The translations under genes and the position numbers were made by a program. From positions 1 through 56,006 of the forward strand of contig MQRK01222550.1 of assembly GCA_001938485.1 (NCBI GenBank): a DNA stretch of 56,006 nt. The letters run 5' to 3'. A model generated the notes under the pieces. It was not told where the DNA came from and did no database searches. It worked only from the letters and a program-made list of their open reading frames with translations. The stretch is from Girardia tigrina. Lineage: Eukaryota. This document shows, in pieces, positions 33,801-44,000 of the stretch; position 1 is the first letter of the stretch, and every line of letters begins with the position of its first letter.

Positions 33801-36123
33801 AATAAAATAACATATATTATTATATTAAATAACATATATTATTTATAACATATATATTTAGAATTTTTAGATCTGGATTATGTAATTAAAATTTTGTTCC
33901 TCATAAATTTGTTTCAATAATGAAAATTGTAGTAGAAATAAAGTTTACAAAATTATGAATTCCAATTTTAATCACGAACCTAATACTAATAAAACAAATT
34001 CATCTTTTTCACATAATCCAATTAATTTCTTAATAAAAAATAATTTTAATAATAATAGTTTTTACAAATAATAGTTTTTTTCCAATCTTTTCACATAAAC
34101 CCACNNNNNNNNNNNNNNNNNNNNNNNNNNNNNNNNNNNNNNNNNNNNNNNNNNATATATATATATATACAGTCCACCCTCGGTTTTGGGGCAAAAAATA
34201 TCAAATTTTGCCCCAAAAACCAAAAAACACCCAAAAAATTAAAAAACATCGAAAAAATAAATAAAATTTATTCCAATTTTTTAAAATAATCAGTTATTGT
34301 TTAACCAAATTTAAATTCCTTCCTTGAAAAATTATTAAATTGCATTATAAGGCATATATTCAATAACATTTTCCAATTCTTTAAGTTTTTCCCATCCCAG
34401 CTTTAGTTTATCATAACGAACTTTTTCACAAATTTCAGCTGTTCCTGTATCCTCCAGCGGTTCTGATAAATTTTCTTCATAGACCTCAACAATAACGTCC
34501 TCTATATCTTCCTCAAGCATATGAATTTTCATATTTTGGTTGGTTTCTTCTTTTTTGGAAAATGCCTTTTTGAAACAATTAATAATCGATTCTTTGGATA
34601 TTAACTCCCAGGCAATAGAAGTAAAAACAATAGCATTTTTAATATTAATGTTTTTAAATGGATCATTATTTAAATCATCTTCTTCAGTTGCCAAAAAATC
34701 AACAAGAGAATTATTGCAATGATCCTTGAATGTCTTTATCAAACCTATAGCCAATGGCTGTGTTATGGAAGTTGTGTTTTTTGGCAAATATATTAAATAT
34801 TAAATAATTAANNNNNNNNNNNNNNNNNNNNNNNNNNNNNNNNNNNNNNNNNNNNNNNNNNNNNNNNNNNNNNNNNNNNNNNNNNNNNNNNNNNNNNNNN
34901 NNNNNNNNNNNNNNNNNNNNNNNNNNNNNNNNNNNNNNNNNNNNNNNNNNNNNNNNAGGTTAAAAAATATGCCCCAAAAAACGAAACACAATTGTACTTT
35001 TGGAATAAAAACACAATATAAATAATATGTAATAGTGTGATTATCTTATAACTTGCCCCAAAATCCAAAATTTCCCCAGAAATCAAGGTGCCCCACCATA
35101 AAGAATGCCCCAGAAACGAGGGTGGACTGTTTATAGATAATTAATTTGTAATACAATAATTGTATCAATAAGTAAAATAATTGAATCCCGAACAATATAT
35201 ATATATATATATATATTTAATCGTTTTAATTATTCGTAAAATATTTCCTATAGTTCATATAAATCAATAAATGTACGAATAAGTTGTCGAAAGAATACAA
35301 AGCTCCAGACTCATCAAACAACTCGAATTATAATATACAATTATAAATTATTAAATCAATAAAATTTATTTAAATTCATTTATCGATAATTGATATAAAT
35401 TATTATTTCATCTCCACTTCAAATAGCTTCTGATAATTGTAAATATTGTTAATTAAATCCGCTCGAAATAAATTATATAATTTTTAAATTCGTTTACGAA
35501 AAAAAAAATCAAAAGACAAATGAAATTTATTTCCGATTAAAAAAAAACAATTCGAATAATCGCTTATAATGAAAACTCGATATTACCTGGAGTGTGTTTA
35601 CACTGCAATTTCAGACCGCCGAACTCGATGACATCGTCATGAGACACCGTGACATCCGCTTTACCGCCACTATACGAACTAAGGACACTGCGGCAGTGGG
35701 GAAATATCGCTTTGAGCTTCCCACTGCCCGTGATGTGGTCGGCGTGAACGTGTGTGTTGATGACGAATTTGAGATTGAGATTTAATTGTTCGATCTAGAA
35801 ATGAGATCGGATTTGTTGAAAAAAGTAAAGACAAAATATTTGAAAATTAATTAAGACCAGAGTTTGATCTCTGTGGACGGTTTCGTAGACGGGATCGATT
35901 ATGACGGCCTCGTGTTTTGAGGGGTCTGCCAGTAAGTAGGTGTAGGTGCATGAGACGGGCTCGAATAGCTGTCGAAAAAGAAAGACAGATTGACAAGATT
36001 GTGAATGATGGCAGCTGAATGTGGAGTGGAGACAGTCAAGAATTAAAGTGATTAAATTTACCGAAATTTATGAAGTGATTTTGCGCCAAATTGAGCGAAT
36101 TTAAAAATCGAAAAAATTTTCAT
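18882..36123 (-). CDS. ETHE1: Mitochondrial persulfide dioxygenase ETHE1; exons 36062-36123, 35858-36014, 35587-35794, 18882-19234 (780 nt, 259 aa)
   Basis: The spliced frame is continuous with GT-AG at all three introns: presequence-like N-terminus, [36 protein letters not shown]|[43 protein letters not shown]. Confidence 0.95.
19464..19680. mobile_element. Possible orphan piggyBac-like terminus
   Basis: TTAA-CCCTT start followed by the GATGTATATGTACATC near-palindrome; partner end not found. Confidence 0.3.
19700..20230 (-). mobile_element. 5'-truncated non-LTR retrotransposon with a restriction-like endonuclease (R2/NeSL/Utopia group)
   Basis: Hand translation RRIDIQAK...[11 protein letters not shown]...[10 protein letters not shown]...[18 protein letters not shown] gives the PD-(D/E)xK, KY and GxLGSW motifs, followed by a short 3' UTR with AATAAA. 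Confidence 0.85.
20600..20960 (-). pseudogene. EF-hand N-terminus of a calcium-binding mitochondrial carrier (SCaMC, SLC25A23/24/25-like), decayed
   Basis: [31 protein letters not shown]...[13 protein letters not shown] parallels SCaMC [29 protein letters not shown]...ILQSIDVD; stops present; no carrier domain follows. Confidence 0.7.
22261..22709 (+). repeat. LTR-like repeat family B (inverted copy ~46476-46913, diverged copy ~47619-47990)
   Basis: TGTGAG start, ...TAACA end; block GTGACTCTCCTACTCAGATGGGATTGATATG recurs reverse-complemented near 46828-46858. Confidence 0.75.
24511..25060 (-). mobile_element. RTE-like LINE reverse transcriptase C-terminal remnant
   Basis: [23 protein letters not shown] and [11 protein letters not shown] motifs. 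Confidence 0.8.
26526..27423. mobile_element. hAT-type MITE with (GACTCC)n subterminal repeats
   Basis: CAGGGCTGCGGAGTCGGA ... TCCGACTCCGCAGtatta; flanks GTAGTTAC / ATAGTTAG are a degenerate 8-nt TSD. Confidence 0.8.
27649..31915 (+). mobile_element. Ty3/Gypsy retrotransposon: 5' LTR (27649-27924), PBS, gag, PR, RT, RNase H, 3'-truncated integrase; many stops and frameshifts
   Basis: TG...AACA followed by PBS TGGCGACC; three CCHC knuckles (28516-28821); LLDTG protease; [10 protein letters not shown] and YFDDILV RT; DTDAS and TDHKA RNase H; [13 protein letters not shown] integrase, in Gypsy order. Confidence 0.95.
32076..32547. mobile_element. Solo LTR with a perfect 5-nt TSD (partial second copy from 48002)
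   Basis: ATGGT-TGTGAG ... CTCATA-ATGGT; start TGTGAGAAGTGGTTGCAAC repeated at 48002; contains an N gap. Confidence 0.85.
33397..33626. mobile_element. TTAA-flanked piggyBac-like MITE with internal palindromic repeats
   Basis: TTAA-CCATTTCTGTG ... CACAGAAGTGG-TTAA (10/11 match); three CCCGA-N6-TT(C/T)GGGCAAATCAC units. Confidence 0.75.
34170..35129 (-). mobile_element. Internally deleted pogo/Tigger transposon
   Basis: 24-nt TIRs CAGTCCACCCTCG..TGGGGCA (2 mismatches); DDE_1 C-terminus [21 protein letters not shown] with the conserved QPLD aspartate read as A. Confidence 0.9.
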
Positions 36124-37484
36124 GATAGAAAATTTATTTTTAGATATTAATTTTGAAATTTTAAAATGTAACTTATTATTCAATTTAACCGAGTGATTTA
36201 AATTACTTTAGATAAAGTATTGAGACATTTCAATGATTTTTTTCTTAGTTTTAATTAATGAAATATGTGTTTTTCTTTTCAATTTATTAAAAACGAAATG
36301 AAATTTTGTTTTGAAAAAAATTTGGGGTAATGATTTTTTTTAATTTAAAATTATTTTAGAATTGAAGTTGAATTAATTTACTATTTAATTTTAATATATG
36401 AAAGATTAGAAAAAAACTTTTTCATACTAATACCTTTTTTGAAGTTTTGTATTTTCACTTGATTGTGTTACATTATTATACTTGTTCTGATTTGGTAAAT
36501 ATTCTTTTCGCATTTAGTTTTGACAAAATGCTTGTAATTCATGAATAAAACACAAGAATGTAACTTAATGTGTAATTAATTTAATTATGTATTATTTTAT
36601 AATTTAATCAAAGAAAAATTAAGGGACTTTGAAAATCAATATTTTCTCATCTAATTATAACTTTAAGCTAAAGAGATAATAAAAGTAGCTTTCAGAATTT
36701 CCATGAAACCAATCATTGTGGTTTACAGTCTTAACCTTCCCTGTAATAAGTATTTAGTATGCATTGAATATATTAAGAACGCTAATCGGATTTTCAATAC
36801 ATTTATTTATATCACAATTTGAATTGCCATTAGGACAATTCTCCATTAAACTTTCATAGCTAGTCATAGTTCTTGATAGATAATTTAAATTATTTTAAAA
36901 ATATTTTAAATATATACAAAAGCCCAGAGTTTCAAAGCTTAATAAATTTTCCTAAAGAACTTTTGGTTCACCCTAATGATTTATACGAATTATTTTAAAT
37001 TGTTTTTTAAATTGTATTTTAAATTATTTTAAATTCAAATATTTTATAATTTAAAATTAAAACAGAAACTTTCAAAGAAGAAAATTCAGCTCTCCCGTTA
37101 TTTATGATGGGTCGTTTTATAGTTTTAGATATATTAATTTAATTTTAAAGTAGGTTATTTAAATTTTAAAATAGAAAAAAAATAAATTGACGATTTAAAA
37201 TATTTAAAATATCAATCTTCCATCTTGGTGGGAGAAAAACAATCCTAAAACAACAACTTTATATTTTTGAAATCAATATCGGCACGGGAATCGTTGATAA
37301 AGAAAGAAAACATTGCAAAAAAGAAGATCGATATATGGGTTCAGCAACATAAAGAACCGGAAACAAGAAAGAAGTTATGAGGAGGAATTAGATGGTAGAA
37401 TTTTGCTCAGAAATGTAGAATGGTTAAAGCCATTTAAATCGAGGGGGATATGAGGAATATTTTGAATGGTGTTTATTGTAGGTT

Positions 37485-37775
37485 GTTTGGACACTTTATC
37501 ATTAACTTGAAAAGTTCGATTTGTCTCTATCATATTATTGCTCTTTTCTTTCCTGACCTTTTCTTAATTGATATTTTTCCATAAATTTCTTAACTTTCTG
37601 CCAAATATTATTTCCACTGGCGTTACACTTGCGGTACCTCGAATTGTGCTATTTAACATAAATTCCACATCTGGCAAAATTTCTATCCAGTCTTTCCTTC
37701 GTATATTCACGTGCATCTCTAATTATTCTGGATTGTCGCTCCACAATCCCATTGGTATTGTGGTGGTAGGTATAA
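37485..37775 (-). mobile_element. Gypsy integrase remnant
   Basis: YHHNTNGIVERQ...DWIEILPDVEFMLNST...TPVEIIFGRKL, related to the integrase at 31661-31915. Confidence 0.75.
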
Positions 37776-38789
37776 AAACAACAAGTTCAACAAATTTACT
37801 GATGAGAGTTGAATTAGTTGTTTTTACTATAAACAAAACTGCTGATAAAAATAAAACAGAAAATTTGTTAATTAACACTTATAATGTAATAATAACAATT
37901 GTTACGATTGAAGGAATTGTTCTGAACAATATTTGGACGATTCTGGTAATTTTGGAATCTGTGATATTGTTTTAAATCTTCGTTAGAAATATTAACAGAA
38001 GCGATAATTTCTGTCAAATTGGTTTATCGATTATTTTATTCAAATTCGACTTTAAAATTTAAAAATCGTATTGCCAAGTTATGAAGAAATTATACAATAA
38101 ATAACGTTATGATTGAATGGATGGCTTTTTTTCTTTTATTTCTTGCTTTAAAAAAATATAAATAACAATACAAACGTAATTATAATAATATAGTCGTCAC
38201 ATTACCTTGAACTGGCATACAAAATAAAAAGAACAAAAAATCAAAAAAGATACAGACAAAAACACTAGTCACAGTAATAAAAATTACGAGAAAACAAAAA
38301 ATGTCATCAAATAATGTATAAAAAATGACAAATTTTTCACAAAAATAAAATAAAAAATGAAAAAGTACATGTGAGAGTTCGTCAATGGACTATTACAGTA
38401 GGGACTGTTTGGTATTAAAATCTTTAAATTTAAATATTTACTTTTTATAAACATAAATCGTTATTCTTATATCTTTATTCTTGAAATCTTTAATCTGACT
38501 CTATTTAATCAGTACATTCTACCAACATAAATATATAAATCAATGAACACAGATTCTTTTTAGAAACTTTTTTTTCAATAACACAAAATAACATGAAGCT
38601 TTATTTTGTTCAAATCAATAATATCAATAAACATATTCAAAAATGGTTTAACGATGAGAGTTTGTCAGATCACAGTTTATTAACGTCGAAACTATAAATC
38701 TTTTAAATCGAACGATAACCGTTAAATCAGAAGTCAAAAATGAATTCCTGTTCTCCTATACAGCAAATTAAATTGAGTTTAATGAGATT

Positions 38790-38940
38790 ACAGCAAACTT
38801 GCAGTACCACCTCTTCACAGTGCTCAAGGAAACAAAATCCCATCCATATGTGATACACAGCTCTTTCATAGCTTTCTTTGGGGATAGAGCATCGATAGAA
38901 GTAGTAGTTGATGTTTTTTTGCACGTCTTTGCGGTCCATC
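38790..38940 (-). mobile_element. Mariner transposase N-terminal HTH remnant
   Basis: MDRKDVQKNINYYF, frameshift, then SPKKAMKELCITYGWDFVSLSTVKRWYCKF. Confidence 0.65.
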
Positions 38941-39143
38941 GCCTTTGTTCTGCAAAATAATACAAAATAATGGAAAATCAATAAAATGAAAAACCGAAAC
39001 TCAAAATTAATCGATAAATCAGGAAAAAAACTAAATTTACCAAAAAAATCCAAAATCATCAAGGAATGTAATTCTTTTAAAATTATTAAAATCATCCAAA
39101 TCATAGTATGGCATTATTAATAATTAATAATAGAATGATTAAA

Positions 39144-39525
39144 TGTTATTACAGAAATTTAGATTAATAATTCATGTAATACTTTGTAAAATTTGTTTTA
39201 ATAATAATAAATAATTTGAGCACGCCTTTTGTCTTATAATACAACAATGGCGTCACGACCTTTCTCAATTCTCAATTTGAAGGACGAAGACGAAACGGAA
39301 TGTTAGATCATGGCTTTCGAGGCGAAAATGAGAGTGCAAGAAGCGACAGATAAAGATAAAAAAGGTAAAAAAGAATACGAAGTAACAAATCATTTTCTCA
39401 GCATGTGCGGTTTCGAAACCTTGAAAAAATTGAAACAAGCAGCCGCTCCTAAATCGCTACCGGAAATGAAGTTCGAGGATATTAAATGAACAATTATGGC
39501 ACTCATTCAACCAAAGGAACGTTTT
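39144..39525 (+). mobile_element. Gypsy 5' remnant: short LTR, PBS-like TGGCGTCACGA, gag N-terminus
   Basis: TGTT...CAACA then aTGGCGTCACGA; frame ...FLSMCGFETLKKLKQAAAPKSLPEMKFEDIK*TI...IQPKERF resembles the gag at 15300-15870. Confidence 0.6.
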
Positions 39526-40000
39526 ATAGAACTTGCTTGCTTCGCAAGGAGAATATTGGTGATTCCAGCAGCTTCCTCCAGCTCAAAACGAGTGTTTTCC
39601 ACAACTGGAAATATATGTGGTGAGAGAAGAACAAATTTGTCAGCATCCAAAGTTGAAAAACTTGTTTATATAAAGGAGAACTTAATACAGATGAAGAAAA
39701 TGAATGATGTGTCTTTTATAGTTTGATTCAATTTTCCAAAAATAAATTTGTAATTTTCTTGTTTTCTTTTTTGTCAATTTTCTTTGCCATTATTGTAGCA
39801 CAATAGCAAATATCAATGACTAAATAAAAATTTTAATTTGAATTTAGCTGCTTTATATTTTAATGTTATTATTCCGATGCATTGTTTAACGATGCAGGCT
39901 TTTGATGCATCGTTTAACGATGAAGGTTTTTCGATGCATCGAAATACTCACCATTAACGATGCATCGACTTATCATTAAACGATACAATGTCACTTCCTA
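39526..40000 (+). mobile_element. hAT 3' end: dimerisation domain plus subterminal repeats
   Basis: LACFARRILVIPAASSSSKRVFSTTGNI..ERRTNL..KVEKLVYIKEN; repeated GATGCATCG and TTAACGATG motifs at 39875-39985; ends ...CACTTCCTA. Confidence 0.85.
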
Positions 40001-40227
40001 GTAAAAAGCCTTCAGAAATAGATTTCTAAATTGTAAATATATATATATATATATACATATATATTTATGCTAATATTAAAAAAATTAGGGAAAATATTTA
40101 TTCTGTTTGAATTAAAAGAAACCTTTCAAACTTTCAATGTTATATGTGATGAGTTGATTTTAAAACTATAAAAATTCACTATGCTTACCCATTGAAGCAG
40201 TGTATATATTCATGGTTTATTAAAATA

Positions 40228-40880
40228 CTAGGGTTAACCTGTTTCGCCAGGTCTTGCGAATTTTCACTTAGAATACTTTTTTGATATAATTTTCAAAAAA
40301 ACATTCAAAAAATTTGTATTTAAATTATTGTTTTCAATATATTTATATAAATGTTTGCAGAATAAATTATTATTGACAAAAATCGTAAACAATTGAAAAA
40401 CATTATCATCTATTAATTCGTTATTATTTATTGAGAAATTTTCATTACAAAGATGATAACTTCTATCAATATCAACATTAAAATTATGTAATTCATTTAT
40501 CGATTTATTAAATGAGTTAATACTTTTATTGCCAAATTCCCCAACTTCTACCTCTCTAAACGGCGGTGGAGCTAAAATTTTGGACTCCTCGTCGAGGAGT
40601 GTCTAGGATTAATCGATTTTCCATCCAAATTCATAATATTTCCTTCTATGAATTTTGTTTTGTTGGCATTGATATATTTTATATTTATGTTGACCCTTTT
40701 CATCGTCGATTCATCGACTTCTCCTCATCAGATCGGCGGCCGAGGCAAATCGTTGGAATCGCCTCGTCACGTAGATTCCGCACCAATCGGTTGTTTTGTC
40801 ATTTTTAAAAAATAATTAAATCTATTTCACTGAACTCCGGGAACTTCACACAGACAGAAATATTAATTCTATTATAGTAT
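40228..40880 (-). mobile_element. Non-autonomous Helitron
   Basis: Minus strand ends ACCTG-GCGAAA-CAGGT-taacc-CTAG|T (hairpin plus CTAG before T) and begins near TACTATAATAG...CTGTCTGT; 5' boundary approximate. Confidence 0.7.
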
Positions 40881-41081
40881 TAATCTTAATCTGTTGTTTC
40901 TGAAAATGTTTAGACTTTGGATATAGTACACTCAAGGACAAAAAAAATACGCCTTTCGAACAAAACTCCATGCACATAAAAACCACATTTGACAATAGAA
41001 AATGACAAAAAATTGGAAAGACTTATACTAATATTTCCATAAAAATATATACAATAAAGTTTATCATGTTTAATTTTTCTT

Positions 41082-44000
41082 TTATTTCAAATGATCGTGT
41101 GACATATAATTGAGATTAACGAGGTACTGAATGATATTTGATTCCGGTGTCATCATAAGTTCTTCGGCAAAAATCACCACCGAACTGTAAGTAATGGTTG
41201 TCAAGTCTCTACAATGAATAAAATACAAAACAATGTTGCTAAAGTGATTTATCATATTCGTTTTTTCATATTTCAGCTCGAACTTTTGTTTAATTTCACT
41301 TAAAATCGGTTCATCATCAATTACCGGATTCTCGAAAATCAATGTCACAAAATACCCTATGCAAATATCAACTGGGATCTCTTTCCACGGACCTTGGTAA
41401 ATGATTTGCTTAGCCTTCACGATCACTAAATAGTCGGTCATGTTTTCTAAATTATTAATTTCTGTTGACGTTAAAACGACCGCACAGTTTTGAAGTTTCG
41501 CCAATTTTATCAAAGAAATAACACTCTTGCGACTAGTCGAATCGAGATTAGCGAGAGGATCGTCGAGGACGATCAAACTCGAGAAACCGATAAACGATAT
41601 ACCGATGGATATTTTTTTAATTGTCATCGGGGAAAGGTCTTTAATCACTCGAAAGCAATCTTTCCTCAGGTCTAACTCATCGATTATGAAGGACGACATA
41701 AGGTCGATTTCCGGATGCGAATGTGACATTAATTGCGACCAAAAGCAAAACATTTCTTCCACTGTTAATTCATCAAACAACGCACAAGATTGTCGACAAA
41801 ATGAAATACTCGGTAGCATTTGCTTGGACTTTGAAATGTCCAATTTGTGATTGATAAAAGTGATGACACCAGACTTCCTGTTTTTACAATTAGTTATATA
41901 TCTTGATAGGAGCGTCTTTCCGGAGTTATTCGACCCCAATATCACAGAAAGTGTACCCTTCTTTATTTTCCAATTAATGCCTTTGAAAGCTTTCGAATGA
42001 ATGTTCTTATTATAGAAAGACACGTTCTCAAAAATTAATAAATACGACTTTAATTCTTTATCGGTCATCGTGGGTTGATCAGGATTTTCAGTTTTGTTAT
42101 TACAACTGGGGTTTGACTTGGACTTCCTGAATAGGAATAACCAGTGCCAATAAAACGGACAATTGGAAATCATCAAAAGACTACAATATATGCCCCATTG
42201 TATCACAAGGATCTTAAACACAAATCCAAAAGTATAGCTTCGATTATAATCTAGAGAAGATCTGGAAACCAATTGATTGATACACAAATGATCGAAAAAA
42301 TCCCACGAAAGATTCTGTAAATACGACACTAAACCGCTATTGAAGTTTGTTGCAGGAATGAAAATAATAAACACCGTAAACCAAATAGAATGATCATTGT
42401 TGCATTTTGGTTTCAATTGATAACCGAGAGTTTTGAGATTTATTTTAAAAATTTTAAAAGATATTGCTGAACACAGAAACATTGAAGCCATATCGACGAT
42501 TATCGTACAAAGTATATTCGACGGAGTATAATGAAATTTTTCACCAAAAAACGTTTTGTAAGCCACATCCGACAATCCGTATACGCATAACAATAACGCT
42601 AAATAATAGACATTTTCGTCCTTTGACGTGAATCCAAAATCACTCATTAAGTATATCAATAGTGTCACAAAGGCAAAGTAGAGGAAAAGAAGTGCAACAT
42701 CAACTAAATATTTCGGAACAAACCGAAGACTGTAATGAACGACGACGAATTTCGTGAACTTATTTCTTTCTAAAATCCCAAATCGAAAATTTTGTACAAA
42801 TAAATGATTACTATAAACGATAATCGAAATGAAAATTATCCTCAACAGTAAGTTCTTTTCCATTAAATCCATTTCTTGTGGTTTTTCCTGAATTGTCGAA
42901 ACAGTGTCAAATATAATGTCCACAGAATTCTTAAAGTAACCTTCCAGTTGTTCAAAGGCTTTTGCAATAATGTTTTCGAAATTCGATAAGATGTTTATTT
43001 TCATGGAATCCGTTCCACTGACGATATTCGGAAAATAAATGGCGACTTTTGTTGTATTTTTATATATCGCTTCATTTCTCACAGCAGAACTGAATAACTG
43101 CCTTGTGAATTCGTCAAACGTCAGGTTCGAATAGAAAGCAAACACAGAACTGTTTTTTAATAACAAGTCAATGATATTTTGCATTGACTTGGAAATGTTT
43201 AAGGGAACACCGAAAACGATTTCGTCAATTACAGTTGGATACATGGAATAGTAGGCGGAGTTATGTCTTAAAGTGACTTCTAATACAACGAAAGACAAGA
43301 CAATTAGCAAAGGTGTCAAAATGGATAAAGTCGTTTTGTTGGAATAGCGATAGAGCATCTTCAGTCGATGAGAGAGTAACACTTTTAGTTGTTTCAAGTA
43401 TATCACTTCAAAGACTGGCTCTTCTTTCAGTTTTATTTCATTCCTTTTCCTTTGCCATTTATCAATGACGATGTGATGGTCTTGTTGAGAAGATTGTCTT
43501 TGGTCGGTCTTTTGTTGGTAAACATAATCAAAGTATTCTTGAAGATTGAAACGCTTGATGTAGATGTTTTTCAAACCACATCGACTTTCATTTGATAAAA
43601 GGGTTTCATAGATGCTGTCCAATTGATCCGTTAATGAATTTGGAATCTGAAATTGAATATTTTCGTTTAAAGAGGAAACAAAAATAATTTGTGGATAGAG
43701 GGTGCTGATATATTTTACAATGCTATACGTTCCAGCGTTCTTTTCCATTTGACAGATTAGCTTGAATCCTAAACGGTTTTCCATTCGAAGATTCACCGCA
43801 TAAGACTGAAAAACCACTCGTCCAGAAACCAGTAAAATGACTTTATCAACACATGTTTCAATATAGTCCGCACGACTTGTCGCAATGATGATCGATTGTT
43901 GACTCTTTCTTTCTTCGAAAAGGTTGTTGATATTTTGCTGTGACTTGAAATCCAGTCCGAGGTAAGGTTCGTCAAGAACAACAATCGAAGTATTTAGAAG

